Source: Candidatus Hermodarchaeota archaeon (lineage in GTDB: Archaea > Asgardarchaeota > Lokiarchaeia > Sigyniarchaeales > SOKP01). From it: a stretch of DNA of 25,537 nt. This document shows, piece by piece, positions 15,924-24,736 of this stretch; within the stretch, counting starts at the first letter, position 1, and every line of letters begins with the position of its first letter. The DNA lies in contig JBHLLP010000050.1 of NCBI GenBank assembly GCA_048885525.1, forward strand, positions 1-25,537. Direction: 5' to 3'. The notes under the pieces are model-generated. The model made no database searches, was not told the DNA's origin, and worked only from the letters and a program-made list of their open reading frames with translations. Both the position numbers and the translations under genes were made by a program.

Positions 15924-17016
15924 TGTGAAACTACTTGAAGTTAAAAATTTGAGCAAACACTATTATAAAAGAGATAAATCAACAATAAAAGTACTTTCTG
16001 ATATCAGTTTTTCATTAAAAAAAGGAGAATGTTTTGTTATAATTGGTCCAAATGGAAGTGGTAAAACTACATTATTAAGATTGATTAGTTTATTAGATTC
16101 ACCTACGCAAGGTCAAATAGTTTATAATAAACAAAATATAACTAAAATTTCAGGAAAAAGATTAACGCAATATCGAAGAAAGTTCTCATTTGTGAGACAA
16201 AAACCTGTAGTGCGTAACACCACAGTATATAATAATATCGCATATGGTTTAAAGGTACGAGGGATTAAGCGAGAAAAATATGATGCAGTTGTAAATGAGA
16301 CTATTGAATTCATAGGACTTAAAGGTATGGAGAATAAAAACGCAAGATCTTTATCTGGTGGTGAAATGCAACGTGTTGCAATTGCTATGAATTTCATTAT
16401 TAATCCTGAGATTTATCTATTAGATGAAGTTTCAGCTAATTTAGATTCGATGAATGTCAAATTATTAGAAGATTTTATACTAAGAATAAAACAAGACAAC
16501 AAAAAAACCATTATTATGAGCACCCATGATCCCATTGAAGCAATAAAATATGCAGATCGCATTGCAGTGTTAAATAATGGACAAATAACCCAAATTGGAT
16601 CCCCAAATGAAATATTTACAGCACCAAAGGATGAATTTACAGCTCTTTTTGTAGGATATGAAAATGTTTTATATGGTATAGCAAAATTAGATCAATCTAC
16701 TGGGTTATCCCAAATTAAAGTAAATGATCTGATAATTACAGCATCAAGTCAAAAAGAGGGGGAAGTAAAAGTATGTATTAGACCAGAAAGTATTGGAATC
16801 GTTAAAGAACCTCCTAAGAATACAAGTTATAGGAATACTTTTAAAGGTCAAATAGAAACCATACGTGATTTAGGAAATATTTGTCATTTAATAGTCAAAA
16901 GTGGATCTGAGAAGTTTCTTATAACAATAACAGAGCTTTCAAAAAAGAATTTAAAATTAAAATTTGGTTCTGAGGTATATATCAATTTCAAAGCAACAGA
17001 TGTCAAAATTTTGTAG
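15916..17016 (+). CDS. tupC: Tungstate/molybdate ABC transporter ATPase with C-terminal TOBE domain
   Basis: GPNGSGKT, LSGGEMQR, YLLDE, STHD; C-terminal IRPESI...SYRNTFKG...FKATDV is TOBE-like. TTG start overlaps the tupB end. Confidence 0.88.
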   Translation: MNSVKLLEVKNLSKHYYKRDKSTIKVLSDISFSLKKGECFVIIGPNGSGKTTLLRLISLLDSPTQGQIVYNKQNITKISGKRLTQYRRKFSFVRQKPVVRNTTVYNNIAYGLKVRGIKREKYDAVVNETIEFIGLKGMENKNARSLSGGEMQRVAIAMNFIINPEIYLLDEVSANLDSMNVKLLEDFILRIKQDNKKTIIMSTHDPIEAIKYADRIAVLNNGQITQIGSPNEIFTAPKDEFTALFVGYENVLYGIAKLDQSTGLSQIKVNDLIITASSQKEGEVKVCIRPESIGIVKEPPKNTSYRNTFKGQIETIRDLGNICHLIVKSGSEKFLITITELSKKNLKLKFGSEVYINFKATDVKIL

Positions 17017-17077
17017 AGTTTTCTATGGTTTTAAAATATTAATTTGGCAAAACCTCAAATATACTATTTTAAATCAA

Positions 17078-17788
17078 TTATATCCCCAAATAAACTTTCC
17101 TTATTCGAGGTTCTTTTACCAATTCTTCTTTTGTACCTCTTATTTCAATTTTCCCTTCTTCAAGAACATGAATTGTATCTGCTACGTCCATTGCTAAATG
17201 CACATCCTGTTCGACTATTAAAGTTGTTGTTCCTTCTTGTTTTATTTTTTTAATTGCTCTAAATATCTTTTTTTTTACACTAGGTGCTAAACCTACGGAT
17301 GGCTCATCCAATAAGAGGAGTTTTGGATTTGACATTAACGCACGAGCTATTGCAAGCATTTGTTGTTCACCACCACTTAACAATCCAGCCGTTTGTTTTC
17401 GTCTTTCTTCTAATTGAGGGAATATTTCATAGACAAAATCTCTCAATCTCTTATATTCTTTTTTATTGTTTATAAAATATGCTCCCATTCTGATATTGTC
17501 TGCAACATTCAAATCATAAAATAATCGGCGACGATCTGGACTTTGAGAAATTCCTTTTTTCGCAATTTTATGTGCTTTTAAGCCATCGATTCTTTCACCT
17601 AAGAATTCTATTCTTCCACTACTGGGTTTTTCTAATCCAGATATTAATCTAAGTAAGGTTGATTTTCCAACTCCATTTGGACCAATAATGGCATTAAGAG
17701 ATTTTGCTTCAATTCTTAAATTGAGATCTTCAAGTACTCTCGCTTTTCCATAATAATGATAAATCTTTTTTAATTCAAGCATATTCAT
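17078..17788 (-). CDS. livF: LivF-type ABC ATPase (branched-chain amino acid transporter family), stand-alone here
   Basis: GPNGVGKS, FPQLEERRKQTAGLLSGGEQQMLAIARALMSNPKLLLLDEPSVGLAP, IVEQD, VYLG C-terminus. Confidence 0.88.
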   Translation of the reverse strand: MNMLELKKIYHYYGKARVLEDLNLRIEAKSLNAIIGPNGVGKSTLLRLISGLEKPSSGRIEFLGERIDGLKAHKIAKKGISQSPDRRRLFYDLNVADNIRMGAYFINNKKEYKRLRDFVYEIFPQLEERRKQTAGLLSGGEQQMLAIARALMSNPKLLLLDEPSVGLAPSVKKKIFRAIKKIKQEGTTTLIVEQDVHLAMDVADTIHVLEEGKIEIRGTKEELVKEPRIRKVYLGI

Positions 17789-18090
17789 AAACCTAAAATT
17801 ATGTTTAAGTAGGGGAATACTTGAACTTTGTTATTATAATATCAATTTTTTTGCTTCCAATTTGTATTCATAATAATGTACTTACAAACTCTTTATCAAA
17901 TTATGTTTAATTGTCAAGTTCTTTTAAATCTCAAGGTGACTGATATAGAAATCTTATAAGTAAACTCTTATAATTTATAGCAAGGAACTTTTAAAACTGG
18001 GAAAACTTACATGATTTAATTATAAAATCATATCATTCTTCCTTATTTTTCCTATAAAAAACTACACACGTTAGATTTGACGAAGTTTCG

Positions 18091-19140
18091 ATGGAGAGAA
18101 AAAGAAAAATTTATTTAGAATACATTGGAATTCTTATTTTGTTATGTCTTCCCCTATTTGGATTGATTGGGCTCGTTATTAGCAGAAATATAATTACTCC
18201 CAATGATGAGTTTTTTGTAGTAACTAAGGGAGAAATTCCGTTTGTTCCAGTTAATACTTGGAGTTTAACAATTGATGGACATGTTAACAATAGTTTAACT
18301 TTTATGTATTCTAACCTTACCTCTCTCCCTTCAAAGGAAGTTTTTGCGACGCTACAATGTGTTGATGGACCATATGGAACAGCTATATGGAAAGGAATTC
18401 CTATTAAAAATCTACTAGATTTGGTACAGGTAAAAACTGGGGCTCTAGACGTTATATTTTATGCTGCAGATGATTATTCTTCTTCATTAACTATTGAAGA
18501 AGTAAGTGTAGACAATATTCTTTTAGCATATGAAATGAATGGGGAAATACTTCCGGTTGAACAAGGATTTCCAGTTAGAGTAGTCGCTCCAAACCATTTA
18601 GGGTACAAATGGGTGAAATGGGTCGTAAGAATTGAGATTGTAAATTATGACTATATTGGTTTTTGGGAAAGTCGGGGATGGAGTGATAATGCATATCGTA
18701 CACCCTTCACTGACTGGATCTTACATGCTGAATTACTAGCGATTTCTTTTCTCTTGGGGGGGATTGCTTTAATGTCCGGATTAAAAAGGTCTCCGGCTAC
18801 AGAATTCTTTCGCGATCTACCTAAGTTTATAAATAAAAAGTTCCATATTGTTGTTGGTATAGGGTATTTTCTCACATCTCTAAGCACTTTCTTTTATTGG
18901 GTAATTTCTACAATCTTAAACAGAGGAGCCATATTTTATACAATTCATGGTATAACCGCTCTTATTTCTATGATACTTGTAATACCGGGTATTATTACAG
19001 GTTTTAAAAAATCAAGAAAGAGAGATAATAAAAAAAGAACATGGCATTATAAATGGAATTTATATTCTTTTTATTCATTTTTAATTACAGTCATTTTAGG
19101 ATTTGCATTGATATTTATTAGATTGTTATATTTATATTAG
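18091..19140 (+). CDS. Sulfite-oxidase/MsrP-family molybdopterin domain fused to a 4-TM, 4-His cytochrome b561-like domain, with N-terminal TM anchor
   Basis: TPNDEFF, TLQCVDG (Mo-ligand Cys), WKG, LLAYEMNGEILPVEQGFPVRVVAP...GYKWVKW, GFWESRGW; then TM helices each starting with His (ILHAEL, KFHIVV, TIHGIT, TWHYKW). Confidence 0.85.
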   Translation: MERKRKIYLEYIGILILLCLPLFGLIGLVISRNIITPNDEFFVVTKGEIPFVPVNTWSLTIDGHVNNSLTFMYSNLTSLPSKEVFATLQCVDGPYGTAIWKGIPIKNLLDLVQVKTGALDVIFYAADDYSSSLTIEEVSVDNILLAYEMNGEILPVEQGFPVRVVAPNHLGYKWVKWVVRIEIVNYDYIGFWESRGWSDNAYRTPFTDWILHAELLAISFLLGGIALMSGLKRSPATEFFRDLPKFINKKFHIVVGIGYFLTSLSTFFYWVISTILNRGAIFYTIHGITALISMILVIPGIITGFKKSRKRDNKKRTWHYKWNLYSFYSFLITVILGFALIFIRLLYLY

Positions 19141-19214
19141 AATTTTGAATTACTAAGAAGAATGTTTTATATTTTAAACAAAATTAATAAACCAATCACA
19201 ATTATATTCATCAA

Positions 19215-19238
19215 CGATATGTCTAATAAAACACATCG
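19215..19238. promoter_or_regulatory. Second ModE-like operator upstream of moaC
   Basis: CGATATGT-CTAATAAA-ACACATCG: 8-bp arms complementary at 7/8, same 24-bp length as the tupA site, left arm 7/8 identical to it; 24 nt before the moaC ATG. Confidence 0.55.
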
Positions 19239-19262
19239 CGTTCAATAGAGATTAAACTTAGA

Positions 19263-19697
19263 ATGATCGATATATCTGAAAAAGATACAATTATTAGGAT
19301 CGCAGTGGCATCTGGTAAGATTAAATTAGAAAATGAAACGATAGAAAGAATTAAAAACAAACAACTGAAAAAAGGAGATGCTTTTTCTGTAACAAAAGTT
19401 GCTGCAATTAATGCCATTAAAAAAGTACCGGATTTAATTCCGTTTTGTCATCAAATTCCTATAACAAATATAGATATAGGTTTTGAAATTGAAAATAATA
19501 CTATTAAAGTGACATGTAAAGTCAAAAGTATTGCTAAAACGGGTGTTGAGATGGAAGCATTAACTGGAGTAAGTGTTGCTCTTTTAAACTTATGGGATGT
19601 AGTTAAAATGTATGAAAAGGATGAAAAGGGTCAATATCCGTCAACACTTATCTATGATATTAAGGTTGAGCAAAAAGTTAAAGAAAAGGAAAATTAA
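19263..19697 (+). CDS. moaC: Cyclic pyranopterin monophosphate synthase
   Basis: MIDISEK, KKGD, LIPFCHQI, KTGVEMEALTG, WDVVK. Confidence 0.95.
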   Translation: MIDISEKDTIIRIAVASGKIKLENETIERIKNKQLKKGDAFSVTKVAAINAIKKVPDLIPFCHQIPITNIDIGFEIENNTIKVTCKVKSIAKTGVEMEALTGVSVALLNLWDVVKMYEKDEKGQYPSTLIYDIKVEQKVKEKEN

Positions 19698-19700
19698 AGT

Positions 19701-20621
19701 ATGAAAGATAAATGTAATAGAGAAATCAAGCATCTTAGATTTTCAATTACTTCGAAATGTAATTATAATTGCATTTATTGTGACCAAGAAGGTTTTATCC
19801 CAAAAACATCAGAACTAACTGTGGAAGAGATAACTAAATTATGTAAAATTTTAGCTGAAATTCTAAAAGTTACTAGGATTAAATTCACAGGAGGAGAACC
19901 ATTGTGTAGAGAAGAGATTGTAGAAATAATTAAAAATGTGGCTGATTTACACCTCTATAAAGATATTTCTTTAACTACTAATGGTTTTCTATTATACGAA
20001 AAAGCAGAAGAATTATTTAAAGCCGGATTAAATAGGATAAATGTATCTTTAGCATCACTTAAACCAGAAGTATATAATAAAGTATATGGTTCAGACTCTT
20101 TGGATAAAGTTTTAAAAGGTTTACAAAAAGCCAAGCAAGTAGGATTTGATCCAATAAAATTAAATTTTGTGTTAATGAAAGGGATTAATGATGATGAACT
20201 AGAGTCTATGTATGAATTTTGCGCAAAAAATGGTTTTGTTCTTCAACTGATTGAATTACATGAGGTTTCAGATGTAGTAGGAGGAAATGGTGAATTTTAT
20301 AAGAAACACCATTTAGACGTTAAATCAATCATAAAAGATCTAGAATCGAGGGCAAAACAAATATTAATAAGAGGTTCTATGCAAAATAGAAAGATTTTCA
20401 TATTACCTAATTCTGCAACAATTGAAACAATCACTCCTAGTCATGAATTTTGTATGGGGTGTACTAAACTTCGTGTTGGATGTGATGGAAATCTATTTGG
20501 ATGTTTATATCGATCTGATCTTGGAAAAAATATTAAAGAAGCTCTTCATAATCACCATTCATTATCAAAATATGAACAAATTGTAAAACAAGTTGTGGAC
20601 TCTCGAGAGCCTTATTATTGA
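19701..20621 (+). CDS. moaA: GTP 3',8-cyclase (radical SAM), archaeal type
   Basis: LRFSITSKCNYNCIYC, KFTGGEP, TTNG, RINVS, KLNFV, FCMGCTKLR...CL; REPYY C-terminus. Confidence 0.95.
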   Translation: MKDKCNREIKHLRFSITSKCNYNCIYCDQEGFIPKTSELTVEEITKLCKILAEILKVTRIKFTGGEPLCREEIVEIIKNVADLHLYKDISLTTNGFLLYEKAEELFKAGLNRINVSLASLKPEVYNKVYGSDSLDKVLKGLQKAKQVGFDPIKLNFVLMKGINDDELESMYEFCAKNGFVLQLIELHEVSDVVGGNGEFYKKHHLDVKSIIKDLESRAKQILIRGSMQNRKIFILPNSATIETITPSHEFCMGCTKLRVGCDGNLFGCLYRSDLGKNIKEALHNHHSLSKYEQIVKQVVDSREPYY

Positions 20622-20645
20622 TATTTACAAAAACTGAGTAGAAAA

Positions 20646-20924
20646 ATGGAAATAGTAGTTCTTTATTTCGCTGAATTTAAGGATATAACAAAAATAGAGA
20701 AAGAGAAGTTTATTTTAACTGAATCCACTTTGGATAATTTATTAAAGTTATTATTTGAAAAATATAAGTTAAAAAATTTACTTTGGGATGAAAAAATCCA
20801 AAAAATACATAATTTAATTTCAATCATAATAAATAATCAAGCTATCCACGAGAAAGATCCATCCTTAATTAACTTAAAAGATGGGGATACAATTGCTTTC
20901 TTATTACCGGTTTCAGGAGGATAA
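20646..20924 (+). CDS. moaD: Molybdopterin synthase sulfur carrier (MoaD/SAMP-like beta-grasp)
   Basis: V.YFA N-terminus, LKDGDTIAFLLPVSGG with terminal Gly-Gly; lies between moaA and moaE. Confidence 0.93.
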   Translation: MEIVVLYFAEFKDITKIEKEKFILTESTLDNLLKLLFEKYKLKNLLWDEKIQKIHNLISIIINNQAIHEKDPSLINLKDGDTIAFLLPVSGG

Positions 20925-20929
20925 TTAAA

Positions 20930-21376
20930 ATGATCCCACATGAAGTAAATGTTAGATCTGGTATATATAATAAAGGAGAAATTGAAATAGACAATATAAT
21001 TAAATCTATACGAGCAAATCCCCTTATAGGAAAAGCGGGCTCTATTCATACATTTACTGGAATAGTAAGAGATAGTTCATTAAGTGGTAAACAAGTAATT
21101 AGGATGAAAATTGATGCTTATGATGAGCTAGCAAATAAGAGTATTATAAAAATATGTGAAGAATTGAAACAAAATGAAGGGATAATAGACGTAAAAATTG
21201 TACACTTAAAAGGGAATTTTGATCTATCTGAGGATTTAGTTTATGTTGTTGTAGCATCAGCCCATAGAAAAGAAGGATTCGAAGTAATAAAAAAAGCTGT
21301 TGATATGTATAAAAAAGAAATAGCGGTATGGAAAAGAGAAGATTTTAAAGATGGAACATCTGAATGGATCCATTAA
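20930..21376 (+). CDS. moaE: Molybdopterin synthase catalytic subunit
   Basis: GSIHTFTGIVR, IVHLKG, VVVASAHRKEGF, KKEIAVWKRE. Confidence 0.93.
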   Translation: MIPHEVNVRSGIYNKGEIEIDNIIKSIRANPLIGKAGSIHTFTGIVRDSSLSGKQVIRMKIDAYDELANKSIIKICEELKQNEGIIDVKIVHLKGNFDLSEDLVYVVVASAHRKEGFEVIKKAVDMYKKEIAVWKREDFKDGTSEWIH

Positions 21377-21444
21377 AAATGGTCTATAAAAGACTAAAAA
21401 GTAATTTATAAGTTATTGATATTAACAGAAAAATTGATTCTTAA

Positions 21445-22671
21445 ATGAAATTTTTAAAAACTTTAAGTATTGAAGAGTTCAAAAATATACTGAATTCGAT
21501 ACAGAAGATTAAAACAGAAGAAGAATTAGTTCCTTTAGAAGATTCATTTAACAGGGTTATTTCAAAAGATATTACGAGTAATATTAATGTTCCACACTTC
21601 CGAAAATCAAGGATGGATGGCTTTGCGTGCATTGCAGAGGATACTTTTAATGCTGAAGAAGATCACTTAGTTGAGCTTGAATTAATAGAGACAATACAAG
21701 CAGGAGACATTCCCCAAGAAAAGTTAAATCAAGGACAATGTTCTTATGTAGCTACAGGAGCAGCTGTCCCTGAAAACTCAGACGGAGTAGTAATTGTTGA
21801 ATTTACTGAAAGCAAGGGCAATAAGATTTTAATATCTAAAGCTGTTACTCCTGGGACACACATTATTGATATCGGGCATGATATAAAAAAAAACTCTATT
21901 ATTGTTAAAAAAGATTCTTTAATTGATTTAGCTAGTATGGGTATTCTCGCTTCCTGTGGGATAAAACAAGTATCTGTATATAAGGTACCAATAGTAAGTC
22001 TGTTAAGTACGGGGAATGAATTGGTAAGTCAGGATATAAAAGAATTAGAAGTTGGTAAAATTTATGATGTAAATTCAATTGTTTTGAAAAGAGCTATTCA
22101 AAATACAGGTGTCCAAGTGAATTTCTTAGGGGTTGTTAAGGATGAGTATAGTGAATTGAAGAATATGATTGATAAAGCATTGGATATTAGTGAAATAGTT
22201 ATTTTATCTGGAGGCACTTCTAAAGGTGAAGGAGACTTAGGACCAAAAGTTTTAGAAGAATATAAAGATATTGAAATTTTAGTTCATGGAGTAAAGATAA
22301 AACCTGGAAAACCCATTATTTTTGCTAAGATGAAGGAAAAAATATTATTTATTTTACCAGGTTATCCAGCTTCTGCTCTAAGCTGTTTTTATTTGTTTAT
22401 TGATACTTTTCTAAGAAAATTATCGGGATTTCCTTTAAGAGAAACAACAGCAAAGGAAATGGAAGTTGGAGAAAGAATGTATAGTATTATTGGTAGGCAT
22501 GAATTTAAAGCAATTAAAATTCAAGAAGATAATGGTGTAAAAAAAATATTTCCTATCAAAACAGGTTCAGAGGCAATAAGCACTATGTTCTATGCTGATG
22601 GTTATATAGAAATTGAGGAATTAGAATCAATTATAGAAAAAGGAGATAAAAGGAGGGTTTTTTCCTTCTGA
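21445..22671 (+). CDS. moeA: Molybdopterin molybdenum/tungsten transferase (paralog 1)
   Basis: PHFRKSRMDGFA, ATGA, STGNEL, SGGTSKG, KPGKP, LPGYP. Confidence 0.93.
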   Translation: MKFLKTLSIEEFKNILNSIQKIKTEEELVPLEDSFNRVISKDITSNINVPHFRKSRMDGFACIAEDTFNAEEDHLVELELIETIQAGDIPQEKLNQGQCSYVATGAAVPENSDGVVIVEFTESKGNKILISKAVTPGTHIIDIGHDIKKNSIIVKKDSLIDLASMGILASCGIKQVSVYKVPIVSLLSTGNELVSQDIKELEVGKIYDVNSIVLKRAIQNTGVQVNFLGVVKDEYSELKNMIDKALDISEIVILSGGTSKGEGDLGPKVLEEYKDIEILVHGVKIKPGKPIIFAKMKEKILFILPGYPASALSCFYLFIDTFLRKLSGFPLRETTAKEMEVGERMYSIIGRHEFKAIKIQEDNGVKKIFPIKTGSEAISTMFYADGYIEIEELESIIEKGDKRRVFSF

Positions 22672-22695
22672 TTAAAAACAATCAAATACAAATTA

Positions 22696-23265
22696 ATGAT
22701 AAAAATGAAAGAAAAAATTAAAATACCAGAAGCGCATAAAAAAAAAGCACCAAAAGAAATTAATTTAGCCCTAATAATAGTAAGTACAAGTCGATTTAAA
22801 GAGCTGAAGTCAGGAAAAACAACTACAGATAAAACAATTCCTAAGGTAGAACGATTACTGAAGAATAATTTATCAATCTCATTAACTTGTACAAAAATTA
22901 TTCCTGATTCTGAAGAATATATAAATAAAATCTTAATAGAATTAATGAAAGATGATACTATTGACTCAATCATCTTTAGTGGAGGTACTGGATTATCACC
23001 AAAAGATATCACATTTGAAACTTTAGAACCTCGATTAGAAAAAAAAATTGATGGATTTGGAGAACTTTTTAGATCCCTTTCTTATAATGAAATTGGTACC
23101 TCAGCTATGTTATCGAGAGCAACAGCTGGTATCTTGAGGGGTAAAAAAAAAAATAAAGTTGTTTTTTTACTTCCAGGTTCTCCAAATGCTGTGAGATTAG
23201 CTATGGAAAATATAATAATCCACGAACTAGGGCATATTCTCTATATAATCAATAAAGAAGAGTGA
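22696..23265 (+). CDS. moaB: Molybdopterin adenylyltransferase (MoaB/MogA family)
   Basis: IIPD, SGGTGLSPKDITFE, IDGFGELFR, AMLSRATAG, LPGSPNAV. Confidence 0.9.
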   Translation: MIKMKEKIKIPEAHKKKAPKEINLALIIVSTSRFKELKSGKTTTDKTIPKVERLLKNNLSISLTCTKIIPDSEEYINKILIELMKDDTIDSIIFSGGTGLSPKDITFETLEPRLEKKIDGFGELFRSLSYNEIGTSAMLSRATAGILRGKKKNKVVFLLPGSPNAVRLAMENIIIHELGHILYIINKEE

Positions 23266-23271
23266 ATTCAT

Positions 23272-24519
23272 TTGGAAAAACTGAGAAAAATAGGATTTTC
23301 AAAGTTAACTCCTTTAGAGGATGCTTTAGAAAAGCTCTTTTCTCATATTAAGGTAAATAATTTTGAACAAATTGATATAGATAAAGGATTAAATCGTATA
23401 TTAGCAGGAGATATAGTTAGTGAAATAAATATTCCTCCTTTTGATCGGTCAGCTATGGATGGATATGCCATTAAAGCAGAGGATTCATTCGGGGCATCTC
23501 CAAAAAATCCTAAACAAATAAAACTTATCGGTACTATCGAAATTGGTGAATTTTCTACTTTTAAACTTAATAAAGGTGAAGCGATCAAAATATCTACTGG
23601 AGCACCTATACCAGATGGTTCTGATGCGGTTATAAAAATCGAGGATACAGAAATTAAAGAAAATTTAATTAATCTTTATACATCAATTGTTCCTGGCAAA
23701 AATGTATCAAAGAAGGGAGAAGACATTAAATTAGGAACTAATGTTTTAAAAAGCGGGATAGAATTAAAAGCTGAACACATAGCACTTTTAACTTCATTAG
23801 GATTTAAAAAAATAAAGGTTAGAATAAAACCAACAATAAGTGTTTTTGCTTCGGGAGATGAATTATTAGAACCTGGTACTACACTTCAACCTGGTAAAAT
23901 TTACAATTCGAATACCTCAATGATTTCTGCGTTAGTAAAATTATATGGAGGAGATGTCATTAGAGCTGAGAGAGTAGTGGATCAAAAGGAGGCAATTAAA
24001 AAAAAAATATTTGAAGCAGCTGGACAGTGTCAAATAATAATATTTACTGGGGGTACTTCGGTTGGAACTAAAGATTATTTACCGGATGTTATTAGCGAAT
24101 GGGGTAAAGTTTTAACACATGGTATTGCAATGAGACCAGGATCACCAGTTTTATTAGGACTTTTAAATGATAGTCTAATTTTTTGTTTACCGGGAACTCC
24201 CGTAGCCGCATATGTTTCATTTTTAAAAATTTCAGGACCTGCTATTAGAAAAATAATGGGTTGTTCTGTCTTAGATCCGAGAATTGAAGTGGCTGCAATA
24301 ATTAATAAGGATGTTCCTGTCTCTGGCTTAGGTATATTACATTATTTAAGAGTAAAAATAGAAAAACAAGAAAATGATTTTGTTGCTATTCCAATTAAAT
24401 TGAAAGGATCTGGTGTAATCAGCTCATTAACACACTCAGACGGAATAATTGAAATTCCCGCAAATCAAGAAGGACTAAAAAAGGGAGATAAAGTTATTGT
24501 AAAACTCCTTCCTAAATAG
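23272..24519 (+). CDS. moeA: Molybdopterin molybdenum/tungsten transferase (paralog 2)
   Basis: PPFDRSAMDGYA, ISTGAPIP, SGDEL, TGGTSVG..D, RPGSP, LPGTP; TTG start. Confidence 0.93.
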   Translation: MEKLRKIGFSKLTPLEDALEKLFSHIKVNNFEQIDIDKGLNRILAGDIVSEINIPPFDRSAMDGYAIKAEDSFGASPKNPKQIKLIGTIEIGEFSTFKLNKGEAIKISTGAPIPDGSDAVIKIEDTEIKENLINLYTSIVPGKNVSKKGEDIKLGTNVLKSGIELKAEHIALLTSLGFKKIKVRIKPTISVFASGDELLEPGTTLQPGKIYNSNTSMISALVKLYGGDVIRAERVVDQKEAIKKKIFEAAGQCQIIIFTGGTSVGTKDYLPDVISEWGKVLTHGIAMRPGSPVLLGLLNDSLIFCLPGTPVAAYVSFLKISGPAIRKIMGCSVLDPRIEVAAIINKDVPVSGLGILHYLRVKIEKQENDFVAIPIKLKGSGVISSLTHSDGIIEIPANQEGLKKGDKVIVKLLPK

Positions 24520-24632
24520 AAATCATTTATATATTATTAATTACGGTTTAAAAAAAAGATTTAACAAGATAATTCTTGATATTTAACAATTTCAATATTT
24601 AAAGCTACAATATTCATGAAAAATTCTTCTTA

Positions 24633-24646
24633 TTAGGTATAACTAA
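24633..24646. promoter_or_regulatory. DtxR/MntR-like operator upstream of the FTR1 permease
   Basis: TTAGGTATAACTAA, 12/14 self-complementary, resembling the TTAGG-N4-CCTAA dyad of DtxR/MntR-family boxes; 90 nt before the ATG. Confidence 0.45.
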
Positions 24647-24736
24647 AAAGCGGAATCTTTTTCTAAATTATAAGTATAAAGTGTAAATTTGATAACTATT
24701 TTAGTTCAATTAGAACATACAGTTAAGGTATCATAG

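Noticed and set aside
18011-18031. ATGATTT-N7-AAATCAT dyad between livF and the Moco oxidoreductase
   Set aside because: Mostly A/T 7-bp arms, single occurrence, no match to the ModE-like sites.
20607-20621. MoaA lacks the C-terminal Gly-Gly of bacterial/eukaryotic MoaA
   Set aside because: A REPY(Y/F)-type ending is normal for archaeal MoaA; not a truncation.
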